DNA of 64,000 nucleotides. Source: Spizellomyces punctatus DAOM BR117. Taxonomy: Eukaryota. The first letter of the stretch is position 1; each line of letters begins with the position of its first letter. A program made the position numbers and the translations under genes. The stretch is from assembly GCA_000182565.2 (NCBI GenBank), contig KQ257456.1. The stretch is one strand, 5' to 3'. The notes beneath the pieces were generated by a model that was not told the DNA's origin, did no database searches, and saw only the letters and a program-made list of their open reading frames with translations. Of this stretch, positions 22,748 through 36,484 are shown piece after piece.

Positions 22748-24248
22748 TCAGAGAACCGCCACCATCACTCCAATCAAGGCGCTCGCAATGCCGAGCAGTC
22801 CTGGGTGCAAGTAAGCACCACCACCGACGGCGCCGCTGGTCTTGGAAGCCCATCGTATAGAATTGCCCATGGCGATCAGTTCCTGCCTGAACACTTTGGC
22901 AACTTGGTTCTCTTCAGTGTCGTCCTTTCCATTTCCTGCCAGATAGTCACCCATCGTTCGGAATTCTCGGAGGGTTTCTTCCTCTTGCTTCTTGAATTCA
23001 AAGAGACACACACCTTTGACCTTTGGGTGCGTGTCGAGGAAGGTTTGGTTAAAGATTTGGCGCCACCATGCTTGTTTGATAGCAAGCATCCCTGGGCCTT
23101 TGTTGAGAGCAGTGGTCGCCGTTTCGGGTTGTCCTGGTTTCAAAAATCCGAGGTGGAAAGTAGCCGCGGTCTCGGCAACCATAAAGGGCTTTCCACCTTT
23201 CGAGACGGGATTGGTCACATTAGGACCCTTGCCGTCATTGGAGAACATGTTGTAGAAATCATAGGAAGACATGTTTGGTTTTCCGCCGATCATAGCTTCG
23301 ACCACACCGGGATTGGGAACGACGTTGTCCACCCAGGGATACTCTTTGCCATAGTGGTAGAGGGAAAGACCAACCCAATCCACAAAGTCGTCTCCGGGGT
23401 AGTATGGACTGTATGGATCGTCCCAGAAATCAAAGGCACCATCCTTGTTGGTGTCGAGAACGGCACGGTCGCTGGCGGATGCATTCGCTACATGCGAATA
23501 CGCACCACCAAGGAATGGGTAGCCATTGCTAGAGTTTGGTGCCCAGAGGAACGCGATTTTAGATTTGTCTGAAATGCCTTGGCGGAATCGTGTGTAAAAT
23601 CGCTTCCATTCTGAAATGAATGCAATGGGTTGTTGGCCATATGGGAACCATGAACCTACAAGCATTTGAGCAACCATTAGTCACACCAGGCCCGCTTGTC
23701 CTTTTACCGCTCCTTTTCTCAACATACCATTCATCTCTGGTGCATATCGAATCATAACCCTTCGCCCCTTGGCAACCGCTGTTTGAATCATTTGCGCCAA
23801 CTGATCTATACTGCTATCCGTTACACGGGAAAAACCGGTCATTGGGTAGACAGTAAGATAGAGAACTGCGTCTGTTTGTGTGTCATCCACCAATTGAAGG
23901 ATCTTGGGAATGAGATTGAGGTCATCGGGAATGTTGATATTGGATTGGAACAAGGAGAGTGGTTTGTGGTCAAAACGTTGGTTGACGAGGTTCGGTGTGT
24001 CTGTCCCTGACAGTTCATTAACCCAAGCACCACTACGTAAAAATGTGAGAATGAGATGGTGTTGTTTCCTGACTGACAAAGAACGTTGCAACTTACAAGA
24101 GGATACCATTTGAAGGTTCAAGCGGAGCGAGTCCGGCAACGACACCAATATCACGCTTTTCCAGCGGTGATGCTACCGCGGTCGACTGCGTCAGTCCAGC
24201 CAAAACAGTCAATGCGGAGCAAGCGAACGAGCTCCAACGATATCGCAT
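22748..24248 (-). CDS. GH26 glycoside hydrolase, secreted and probably GPI-anchored
   Basis: Signal peptide ending near LEKR. IRYAPEMNG (acid/base), YYPGDDFVDWVGLSLY, PFMVAET (nucleophile) and a hydrophobic C-terminus. Two introns. Confidence 0.82.
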
Positions 24249-26672
24249 AATGCCGGATAGAAAGCTTACGAATAGATAGAAAGCTTACGAATAGAGAGTC
24301 AGCCAGAGGATGAAACGGACGACTCTCGCTTTAAACAAGCTGAAGTTGGTCTGATATGAGGAATGTTAAGCGTCCGGACCAGCGGAGGCAATGGGTCGCG
24401 CTACTACAGTTTTATAGAATGACAAAAAAAAGGCGGCGTTTAGCCTCTCTTTGAAAGCCGTGAAGTTTGGGGTCGTAGGCAAACGTCTCAAACGTGCCGA
24501 GACGACTGGGATAAATACAACTACTGACGGCAATATGAGGAATGACGCAAAACTTTAAAACCCGACCAGCGGATAATGAGCGATTTAAAAAAAAAAAACA
24601 AGACAACGACGACGACGGCTGTGGGGGGGAGGAAGGGAAGAAAACAGCACTTTTATACAATCATCATGACGGCAAATTAACCGTCGGCAATTGTCAAGTC
24701 AAAAACAACACTCAAAAAACTCTAAACAGCTTTCCGATCATATAGTGGCACAGTTACGCAAGCAGCAAATCGATTAATCCCAATTTGGAAGGTTCAGACT
24801 TGCGTGTGACACGTTGGGCTCTTGGCACAATCAAGGTTTATTTTTGCTTGAAACTTTGCGAGTGTGTTGGGCAGGAAGAGGGGTGATTAGCGTTTGGGAG
24901 GCTTCGCGTGTAGAACGGGAACAAGTGATGTATTTACTTTGTCAGCAGCAATGCCATACGAGGGCCCGGTCAAGGATAAGAAGATGGTGAAAGCGTTTGT
25001 GGTGTTTGTCTTGGTGTGATGACCCCGGCTACGTTTTACTGATGATGGTACGCAAGATGCACAGACCATGGGTGGGTGACTCCGAGCTCTCTTGAAACTC
25101 CAAATGCTAACGTTATGAGGTAGCGCTATTACACAATGATGTTGGACACAAGGGCGTGGTTGTGCACTGATCCTGCGTCAGCGGGGTTCTGGCAGCCGCG
25201 CCAGGAAGAGATTGCAATGCGACCAATGAAAGGGTAAATTAACAGCAACCCGGAAACTGGGTTCGTTGAGATCCCTATGTGCGATATCCAACACACGCTT
25301 CATCAGATCGCAATTTGGTGTATGAAATGCCAATCGCCTTGTCAGTCAATCGTGGCCAATCCAGTTTATTAACAAAAGTGACATTTAACACCAAGTGATA
25401 GCCGCAGTGCTTTATCGCTCAATGCACAGGAGGGATAGTATCACTGTGAATGGGTCCTTTGTCGCCCCAAACCATGAATTTGCAATGCCCCATCCATGAC
25501 ATCAAAAACACCAGTCTGCTAAATAGTGAAACAAAAGGTACATGCTACTTGTGTTCTTTGGCCCGTTTGCATAGGAACCTTAACAATGTAGTGAAATTGC
25601 AAATCCCCAAGAGGGTTCCGCTTGTGGGGATACAGAGAGCCAAGAACCATAGGTGGCAATATGCCATAAATGGGAAATATAGTTTCTGGATGTAGCATCT
25701 CTAACCCAACATGTATGACATGTCCATCCAAGTGCAATGCCATGAAGATTTACTGGACAATGACAGTCAACCTCGACGCTATCTGCTCTTGACTTGCAGC
25801 AGCAGCAGCAGCAGCCACCCTCCATCATCTCGATGCTGCTCTGCAAGAACAAAAGCGCATCATCTTTTACATGGAACAAGAGTGTAGACTTTCAAATAAC
25901 CACAGCCATGGCTGGAGTGCCCCTGCGTGACGCTGTTGACTCTTTATATCCTACAACTTTTTGCCAACTTTCAGCCATGGGCAGATTTACAACGACGGCG
26001 GCGGTTTGCCACCACAAGATTTCAAGTAGTGATTCTGGAGACAACCTGGTTAAACGGAGGACGGGCGCAGCGGCCCACGGCGATTCTATTATTTTAAACA
26101 ATGCTGTACCCATTCACTGCAACTTTTGTAAACTTGCAAGCTTGACAGATAAATCAACAAAATGTTGGGACAAGAACTGACACGTAACAAGCGCTAGAGA
26201 AATGCCCACACATTGTTTCTTTTTGTTGCCAGTTAGGCCAACTTGCCTTCCCCATCCCCAGAAGGATCCAACACATCTGTCTTTTGAAATAAAAAACGAC
26301 CACCACGGCGAAAGTAAAAGAAAACCAAAACAAAACTTTCTCTCTTGTCGCGTTTCGCGCAAAGGAACAAAAGAAAAAAAACCCAAAAACTTGTGCGATT
26401 TTCACAGCGAAAGGATTTTTTAGGCGGCCGCTTTTTTCTTTAGAGCTTTTGATTGTCGCACTGCACCCACTTTACAGGTTGACGTATGGAATTTTACTTT
26501 TTCTTTTCCTTGGCTTTTTTAGAACGAGGCTGAAGGGAAGACCTTTGAAAGGGGATGCGCAGCCCTTTCCCACAGGGGGTGGAAAGTTAAAGGCCCCTTG
26601 CCACGCCCGCGCGCGGACGACTGTTCATTGATTGAAATAACTCGGAAGAGCCGCCGTCGCCCTTTGGTCCCT

Positions 26673-28332
26673 ATGGTACATGTCCACATTGAACGACAAC
26701 CACGGCGGGGCAGAGCGGCGGCGGCGGTCGCTACACTTTTGTTGCTCCTCCTCGTCATAACATGGATTCCTCACGTAGTGGGAATGACGGAGCAGTGCTC
26801 TGTTTGTCCCAGCACACCAGTCTGCGAGACAGCCTGCGCGCAGAACGAGGCAAGTGCCTGGGAATTTTAAAAACCGGTACACAGCATTTATATTTACATG
26901 ATTTCAACAGGTCTGCGTCTTTACGGGCTCCCATACGTGCGAAACATGCACCTCCAGTGCATGTGTAGTGATTGTAGATCCTAGTCTGTCCGCTGTTGTG
27001 CGCCTGCCAACTTCGATGACCCCAGATACCGCTATTCCTATTTCCCAAACTGCTGTCCTTCCTGTCCTTCTCCAGCCCACTGCCACTGTTCCCACACGAC
27101 GACCAACGAGCATACCACTGCCCATCCTACCGCCCATCATTCCGACGGTAACAGCTGCGCCAACAGCAAGCGCGGATGCGTCGCGAAAGGTTTTCAAGGA
27201 AGAGAAGAACGGTGGGTCAACCCCAACGGGCATCATTGCCGGTTCAGTTGTAGCTGTCGCCGTGGTCGGGTTTGGAGCGCTCGCTTTCGTTAGGCGGGGG
27301 AAAAGCGCAGTGAGACCAACTTTGCGATCGTTTTGGTCAAACCGAACAAAACGGTTGCGACAGACCCTGTTTCCTCCGTCCAATGCAAGCATATTACGTG
27401 TGCCGCTCCCAGATCGGGGACATCCTGAGCCTTTTCATTCACTCACCGTTGACCCAGAGTATGTGCCTTTGGTCGCGACATCCCTATTTAATTCTTCAAG
27501 CGCACACCGGTTATCCGCCACTTCTTCCGAGCTTTCAACAGCAATCATTCAGATATCCCCAAAAAGCTCCAGTTTCACATCGCCCTTGCAACCCACACCG
27601 CCTCCCTCCTCTTATGACCCAATGCGACGGCTCTCTGTTATATCACATCAAAGAGTCCCTGTCGCGCCAGTGCTCGGATCTACCAAAACTGGTTCCCGCA
27701 TCTTTCCTCATCCTTTGATTCTCTCTATTGCGGGCGACGCCGATTCGATTCCCACCTTCCCAAACATTCAGCACGATACGTCGACAGTTCCACGTCAAAT
27801 CCGGGCCGTCCGATTTCGGAGCCAGGACAGCGTGATTCCCGCGCGACCGCGAAGTGCAAGCCAGTCGAGCTGCGATAGTGTGTCGTCCGATGGATCGTCA
27901 ACCGCATCCTCTGTGGTATCGTCGGTCTCTTCGTCATCGTCACTGGAGGTCCCGTCTCTCGCTTTTGCAAACATGTCTTGGACTTATCCAGGGGCGGGAC
28001 AAATCCCCTCACCAATGCCGACTTTACAAAGTTCAGCTAAAGTCAGTAATAGTGGCTTAGAGTCTCCGTCTCTCGGTCCTCAACTGCCTGCGACAGATAC
28101 CTGGACGGGACGGAAAGGGCGAGGGCATATTAGATCTCACAGTGTGCGAATGAGCCAGCGAGATGTTAACGTTGTTATAGGAAGTGGCGACAAGATGCTG
28201 GCCAGCGGCGTGGGCAGCGGTCCCTACCCGGCAGTCCTTGGGCAAGGCTGGTCCATGACCCGAGACTTGACGGTGGACGCTGCCCATACCAGACCGCCGC
28301 CCCTTGCTCTCCATTCTGGGATAGATCCATGA
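26673..28332 (+). CDS. Opy2-like single-pass membrane protein
   Basis: Signal/anchor, then CSVCPSTPVCETACAQNE|VCVFTGSHTCETCTSSAC (8-Cys pattern like the Opy2 N-terminal domain) across a 61-nt GC-AG intron at 26850-26910. Followed by a P/T-rich stalk, TM GIIAGSVVAVAVVGFGALAFV and a long Ser-rich tail. Confidence 0.68.
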
Positions 28333-28799
28333 CTTCTTAATTCGCATGTGTACTTGTATATATGATTGTTTATAATAGATTATTACTGCGAGGTGTTGAA
28401 GATGGCAATGATGAAATTGTTTCTGGCTGGCGACACTGTCAATTCTTGCATGTTTTTGGCCATTTGAGAACACTGTAAGCAATTCTCGCATCACCTACTA
28501 CGGATGTGGGACTATTAGTGCACCTATGCATATGTAACCAACGCAATTAGGTTATCGGATGCTTCCTGCAACCTCTAGCAACGAAATGGTAGCTCGAGTA
28601 CTTGCTGAAAATTTGCGAGGATGCAAGGCATTGCATATTCCTCTGTGATGATATTTGGACTTTGGACCGTCTTATATTTTGCAAGGTATCCACACAACGC
28701 GTAATAAACTTTGGCGTGAACCCTAAATTCTATTTTATAAATACGGCGCAGATCCAGCAAAGGAAGGGCGCGCAGGGTATTCTAAGGGTAAACGGGTAA

Positions 28800-30158
28800 A
28801 CCTCTACTCATCCAATCCTCCCTTTTGAACATCAAGGCATGGCACTCTGGCTACCAGTCAGCTTTGCCTGTGTGCCCTTTCCGGTTGGACTGCGTTGCAT
28901 TCGGCTTCCGACAGGTGTCGTTTCCCCAGTATCGACAACGACCTTTAGTTTTTGCCACACCGTCAATACTTCAAAGCAGCTCTCAGCACATAACCATACG
29001 GTCCCAGAGAATAGAACGGATGGAACGACAAAGCGGTTTTGCAGTGCTGAATAAAGGAACAGTATGAGATGGTGAGAATTAAATCACTCCGGGATCAGAA
29101 GACTTACAATCAAATGTCTGCGTGACAATGAGCACCGCTGTGCAGCAGATGAACGTTATCGTAATGAGAATGTTATTGGCTATTCGTAAGTGCCGGAATT
29201 TTTGAGCACTGGATGCGTGAGCGCTGCTGGTGTACTCTTTTACTCCTTGTTCCACTCTGGAAAGCTGGAAATACGCGCAAGTATCAGAAGATGCTGCGTC
29301 CCTATGAGAAAACTCAATGTCCCAACGTACCGTGAGAGTGAATGTGAAGATTGCTGGAATAAGATACGCTGCGGGAAACATGGCAAGCATGCCCCAAAAC
29401 ACCCTGGATGCTTGTCTGTTTCCCAAATTGTCTTTAGAATCGACGGTAAAACACGCTGTGCAAGGACCTTTTGTTGAACTTACCCAGTCCTTGACACATC
29501 GTATATCCCAACAGCCGTGTTTGCGGTAGTCCAAGTGGCCTGGCAGGGAACAAACCAGAGGTGAGAACACTTTAGCAAGAGGTGAGGTTTCGCATGTTAC
29601 CGGAACGTAGCTAACGTACAATTAAACCAGTGATTCCCCAACTGATCATTTGCCGGTGTCGGGCTACGGCGCAAACTTGGCTAAATCGCCAACCAGACGC
29701 TGCAATGAGCAGCCCAAGCTTGACTTGGCCACAGATGACCAGCAAGACGAGATGGGGTGTCATGGCAAGTGCGGAAGGAGCGACCGTCCTATAGATAACA
29801 CGAAAATGTGCAGAATTTAGCAAAGTGTTCAATCTCATTTGGACCAAATTGACAACAAAAACCTCGATTCCAAAATATCTACTCACTTTCCATATGTGAG
29901 ATTGGCGATATCAACAAGGTTCACCACGGTCGCAATCAAAAGAAGGATCGCCCGTGGATTGGGATTCGTCGACACCCGCCAGACAGCAATCATAAAGGCA
30001 AAGACCATAATCGGCCAACAACTGCCAACCAACATACTTGGACCGCCATAAGCGACTGTTTTTGCGTTGCGACGACGAGAGGAGAAAATGAAAAAGAATG
30101 GAGGAAATATGGTCAGATACAGCCAAGGAACGGGGAACAGATGACGCCACGTCAACAT
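28800..30158 (-). CDS. Multi-pass membrane protein of unknown function; boundaries uncertain
   Basis: Several hydrophobic segments in ORFs 29883-30158, 29611-29886 and 29079-29621, separated by intron-like gaps. Confidence 0.4.
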
Positions 30159-31437
30159 TGTTGTATCTTTGGAACAAAGAAATCTTACCTGCTACCAAGT
30201 CCGTCACCTTGGCCTGCGTCGCCGCTTGCACCTTTGCGATAGTTAGGCTGACTGCGGGATCGATAAACATGCTCTACAAAAACGCTTCCGTCATGAGGAC
30301 CTTTGCCCAAAAACCTACACGCAGCGATCCGCTGAATCTGTCGCTTTACCTTAATGGCACCCTGCACCACCGGATCCATAAAGCACTCTGTAAAATTCGA
30401 GCAAGACATTCGCTTCCGACAAACAAAGAAAAAGTAAGGAAAATTGCCGATAACTCCTCTGGTATATCCTCGCACGGTTCGTTAAAGGATAAAATGTGAA
30501 ATACGTGGAAATCAAAGAGAGGTTCCAACATGCAAAAGGGCGAGCTTTTTATGATTTTTGACCCATCTCCAGCTAGATAAATCCGGAGCACAGTATGGGC
30601 GCTTTCTAATATTGTTTTGATAAAAGACACTGCATAGGCTTTGATTTTGTCTTTCAACAGCATCGGGCGAAATGGCTTTCGGGATCTTTCTTTTTTGTTG
30701 ACCGAAATCGTCTCCCTTGGCATGGAGTACTACTTTTATTTGTGTTTGTTTAATTCGCTTATTAGCAATGGTATGTGAACCCCTCATAACAAACAATGAC
30801 AATTTAAATCTTGACTCGTCATACTCGCCATTTTGAGTTTGATAAACAACCAGCCATTGCCGACATACAAAATAAAAAAATATCTAACAAGGGCTAAATG
30901 TAGAATCAAACGCAAACTACACCCTCTGTTTTATCTAGGGATAATTTAGTTATTCTTAGCCAGGGTCACGACGTGTTGACCAATAGTTTGGTGTGTAAGC
31001 TGCGCCACAGATGTTATAACCCTTCTTGATTAATGGCTTGTAGGCAAAATCGAAATCCAAGCTGCACAAAGCCCATGGGGATTTTGTGTCACTCTCTGTA
31101 CAATCGTCCATGACTCACAGACATTTCTTGATCATCCCATCTATAATTGGCATATGAGTCGCATCCAGAAAAAACATGGCAATTTCTTACATTCTGGAGA
31201 GGCACACATGTTAGATCATGAGCCCAACTATTCAAAATGCAACAAGTACTGACGAAAATGCCAGAAGCCACGTTCGTGACAACCAGAGTCGCAAATAAAA
31301 AAAACCAAATATTGCTTGCTTTGATCAAAAGGTTACCTGACGACCCGCGATCGCGTCCCATTCAAGTCAATCCTGTTTTTAAATTTGTCGCCCTTGGGGA
31401 CACCCGAAAAACTATTGTCACGTTTGAAGAGTACCTC

Positions 31438-31558
31438 AAAAGATTTCCGAATGCACCAGACCCTGCCTGTTCCCCCCTCTACACAGCTTTGAGTAGTATT
31501 TTAAGTGAAAAGATTTCCGAATACACCAGACCCTCCCTGTTCCCCCCTCTACACAGCT
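31438..31558 (+). repeat. 51-bp direct duplication with a 70-bp period
   Basis: 31438-31488 and 31508-31558 differ at 2 positions. The second copy contains the HRQ1 stop codon. Confidence 0.85.
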
Positions 31559-34500
31559 AAGTCTCCACACATTCCTTTTAACACAATTATCGCACCAGTT
31601 TTGCTCAGTGCCTCATTGGCTTCACTACAGGCCGATCGATGGATACCTACAATTACACCACCTTTAGTAGAGATCAAACGGAGACATCCAAAGATGGCAA
31701 CTTACACCCAGGACATCCTTCCAAGCAATCGCAGCTCTCCACGACTTGTCGAGCCCGAACGAGGAGATCTGAGATGTGTTTGAATGCTTTATAGGTTACA
31801 CCTCCTTTCCCGGAGGCAGAGTCGTAAACAACAATTCTATGAATCAGATAATGAAAGTCAGTCAATTGAATACTGGAAGACCACGAACCCACACCACGCA
31901 AGCAAAAAGTACAACCCACCTCGGCGGTCTTGGCCTTGTCGCAGCCGGATGTTTGCATTCTGTTCTAATGTCCGTCTGTCCAGTTGTGGGTATCATAACG
32001 TACGTCGGTAATAGAGATATTAGGGCATGCGAGGCACCATGTATGCTATACTCCACGTTCAGGGTGGCGTTACGTAGAGCTTGCACTGTGTCCTCTGGGA
32101 CTGTAGTGACAACAGAGTGATCAGAATAGAAAGGATATTTGATAATATGCGTCCAACTGGTACCATCGATCCAAAACCCATAGCGAGTCTTTGTGATTGG
32201 AGGGTTCTCTAATCCTTCTACCGCTTCCAATACTCGCCTCGTACGTGGGTTGATTTTGAAGTATCCGAAAACGGTTGTAACCACTTTATTGTAAGACATG
32301 ATAAGTACATGCTAACCGGTACAGAACAATGGTCATCCTCACCTCTCATTTCACCATAATATGCAAAGAGCGCCTTGGTATGCCCAGATGCCTGAACGGG
32401 CGTCTTATGAGTCGTTGCAGGACGACTTTCGATCGTCTTCATAGGATCCACATTTGTGAAATCCCTGTTGGCAGTGATGAAGTCCACAGAGGTCGGGCGG
32501 ACTTTACCGCATTTACGCTCGGCGTCAACCTCAAATACTAAATATGACTGGCCCTGATGTATGAAAATGGAGCCTGCAGGAAGACAGTTAACTGACAATC
32601 CAAAAAAAAGGCGAGATAAGGGAAATAATGCTACCTTCGTATAACGTGAACGGTACTCTAGATGCTTCAACTTCTTCAATTTGCTTATTTATCGTGACAT
32701 CTATGACTCGGTAAACATCCTCGTCAATGCTCCTAATTTGGATTTGCCGTGATGGATGCGAAGCGTACTTGGAACATGCAAAGTACACCTGCAGAGCTTC
32801 TCGTTCAATAACCCCGTAAAGTAACGCCGCCCCTCCCTTTATCGAGGAACCAACCTCATGGATCGTATCCCATCGGAGAAACTTTGAACATAATCCTTCA
32901 ATGAACTCGAAATCGCCAAAGTATTCAAAATCCCTGTTTGGGATCAGTGGCCATTCAAATGCCGCACATTGCAAATGTGTTTCAACGACGAGTTCATTCG
33001 ACACTTCAACGCCTGATGATTCCAGCGTCGACGAATACAGTTCTTTTGGGTGGTTGGCGTAAAATTGATCTAGGGGATTATCGCCTTCCGCCACCTGAAC
33101 TAACATCAGTATGCGAAGATCATTCAGAAATAACAATTGCCTACTCACCAAGATGGACATGGAGTCGCGCTCTCGACGTCCTGCTCGACCTGATTGTTGA
33201 CGATACGACGCGAGGTTGAAAGGAAATCCCACATGCATCACGGCATCTTCAGAAAAAAAGTCCCGCCGTTTAACATGCATATTGTTAAATTGCATCACGC
33301 CTCATTTGGTACGAAACTCACCCAAGGATCCAATATCTACTCCCAGCTCAAGGGCATTGGTCGCCACAATACCTACTCGCCACAAGATAGTTAATGTCCA
33401 ACTCTGATGTAAACTTGTTTGCGGCACTTACAAAGCAGCTCCCCTTGAAACATTTGTCGTTCGATTTTCCGTCGATCTTCTGGGGTATATCCACCACGGT
33501 AAGACATGACTTTATTCACAAATCCAGGGGCAACCTCGTGCAGCAATGCATGAGCCTCCCTCAAGAGAAGCTCACACATAGTTCGGACCTAATGATATCC
33601 ACTGTTAGAGTCGGATACATGAAATGGTACACGATATGAAATGGTTGACCAACCTTTGCAAAGCAGATTGTTCGTACACCTCGAACCACCAGATAAGCAA
33701 TCAGTTTGACAGTTTCCTCGAGCGAACTGCACCGACCCTGACCAGGTCTTCGGGGATCCTTAAGTGGCGGATTCCAGATGATGTGTAGTTTGCGCCCTCG
33801 TGGGGCGCCGTCGACGTCCACCACTCGTACGGCTGACTCGGGGAGACCAAAGAATGAAGTCATGTGCTGAAATCGGAGAATGTCACCACAACAACCTGAC
33901 GAGGATAACAAAGGAAAAAAATCGTACCTCGGCGGGATTTGCAACCGTTGCGGAACAGCTGATGAACCGCACCGTATCATTACCGTATATATGACACAAC
34001 CGTCGCAACCTGCGCATCACCATGGCACAGTGCGCTCCAAATGTTGCAGCATAATAATGCAACTCTGGCAATCAGACATGTTGGCGTTACAAACCCGAAG
34101 CGGTCTAAGCATGCTGCAAGTCGTCCATCTGCCTACCGTCTACGATAACGTATCGTAATCGCTCTAGCCACACCTTCCACTGTTTATGTCCCGGCAAAAT
34201 AGAGACGTGCAACATATCGGGATTGGTAAAGATAACGCTAGCCTTGGCCCTAATCGCATCTCGAGTTCCATCGCGGTATGGGGTGTCCCCATCGTAGGTG
34301 TCGACATCCACCCATTGCAGATTGGTAGTGTGCGAAAGGATAGATATTAGCGAGCGCTTTTGGTCTTGCGCTAATGCCTATGCCACGATGAGGAGTAAGA
34401 TTGCGTCGGCTCAAGTTGATAAAGCTCAACGCACCTTTGTCGGGAATATATATATTGCTCGCACCGTAGGATCGTTCTCAAGTGCACGGAGAACAGGTAG

Positions 34501-36168
34501 CTGATAAATCAGAGATTTGCCACTAATAGAAGGTGAGATATCCGCCAATCGCATTCCAAGGGGCAGACGAATAGTGACTTACCTGGATGTAGACGTGCTG
34601 ACCACAACATTATGTCCCTGTTCCACGAAGTTGATGGGTTTTGCTTGGTGGGTGTATAGCCTGGTGATATTACTAGCTGCGTTTATAGCAGCTGTTAGAT
34701 CCGCGGAAAGCGGCTGGTCCAGCTCTCCATACTCGGGAGACCTTGCCGAGTCGATCTGCACGGCCTCATCGCTGATTTGCTGTCGATAAAACTGCTCAGT
34801 TTTAAGTTCATCTAACAACCCCGTTAATGATGACGGGCGAAGTGGAGCTCCGTCTGTCTCAGGCTTCCCTTCGTATCCCTCTGGCCACATTTGCCCAGGT
34901 TGAACTGGTACCGCTTGCAGCGCCAGATCGCTGAGCTTCTCGATAGGATCTGTTCCCTGAAATCCCAAGTAAACAGCTGCTCGAAATCCCCATCTCTAAT
35001 GGGTCTGGCGTACCTCTTCAAGGCATTTTTTCCAGTAGTTGATCAGAAATTCTCGAAAATTTCGGTTCCGTCGTTCAATGAGGACCGGTACTGAACTGCT
35101 TTTCTCCGATAACCCAATCTGTTCAGCAAGTGTTGACGTTCTCCATCCCAGGTGTTGCCCATCAGCGTCTCGAAGCCTAATATGCACGATTGGTCAATCT
35201 AAAATAATGTCCATAGGAGACAACGAACCAAATGTGAGGGTCTTGCCTTATTTTGCCAGGTAATCTGACTGGTCGAGCATCCCGAAACTCTATGACGAGC
35301 GAGTACTCCCGATACCCATTATCGTCCGGATTCAAGAGTTCGCGAACAGAAGCATCTTCAAGATCAGTTCGTCTTGCCCAATACAGCATAATGAGAGATG
35401 GAGCGACAGCTCGCATAGAACCAAGATCTGATAATTTGAGCTTGCTATATGTAAACCACTAAGTGTCACCAACCAAATTGACGAGCTTCTTTCAATTTGT
35501 GTTTGTTGATACCTTCCACTTAGTTGTTTAACCGAATCCTTCAGCCCATCGTAAGTGCAAACCATCTGCCGCTGCACAGCGCAAAACGAATGAACTGTAT
35601 TCAAACATTGAAATGTCCGCTCCAACTCCCGGAGTTGGGAGGGGAGTTCGTCAGGTAACAACAACGGCGGACCTGACCTGGTAGTTCGTCTTTTCTTTGG
35701 AGCGGGGCCCGAAGACTCTACGTTCACAGTCTGAGCGGCTATTTGCTCCACCGGAGAGGCCTCTTTAACGGATTGTTCTTCAATGGATGGCGACAATTTA
35801 ACATTGGGAGCCATGAATAATGCAGATGTTACAACCGAACAGCGTCGCTGATGCCCAGTGAATCCAGATCTAGTTTTCAACTTTTTCCCACAAGTACACT
35901 CAAAAAGTTTTGCTTCAACATTAACTGTATCTGTCCCAACTGGTTTATGGTGTAACTCGTTGAGACGAGGGACGTAGGGGGGAACTTGAGGGGGGGCATG
36001 AATAGTGCTAAAAGTGCTGTTGATGTGCAGCACTGTACTTTGAGAGCCCGCTACCTGGTTACTTGCTTCTACGGGTATGGTGGCAAGCACGGACTCGAGA
36101 AGGTTTGTGAGGCTTGCCTCGCGACTTCCCCTCCCCTTCCTGACAATGCGAAAGCCGTCGTCACCCAT
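31549..36168 (-). CDS. HRQ1: Hrq1/RecQ4-like DEAD/DEAH helicase with DUF1998, many introns
   Basis: VVVSTSTS-GKSLIY, FPTKALAQDQ, TYDGDTP, IFTNPDMLH, VDELH, FISCSATVANP, ATNALELGVDIG, QQSGRAGRR, IHGASHAL and C-terminal CDCLEGCPGC. Stop 31549-31551. Confidence 0.9.
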
Positions 36169-36484
36169 TCCTACTATTCACAAGTATTACATCAGAAGGC
36201 CCTCAGGTCCTTCAGCTAAAAAATAGGAATCGCTCGTTGGAACGTTATTGTTGGTACATGCTGTTATGCGAAGTTGCAAGTTGGGAATGCGACCTAACGG
36301 ATCCATGATCAGCATTCATGTCAGCATGGCAACAACTCGTGTGACGCCAACCGAGACTTCCAAGCCGCTTACTTTACCAACCTTGTTTCCTCCGGTCGGA
36401 GGCTTTGCTGGATGACATTCATGTCCCCAGCTGACAGCAGGTGCACTCGAGGGTATATCACATTTTCCCTTTTATTTCTACCTC

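Noticed and set aside
24257-25815. Short direct repeat ATAGAAAGCTTACGAATAGA near 24257-24295, and GAC/CAG microsatellites near 24601 and 25796
   Set aside because: Ordinary slippage repeats with no further structure.
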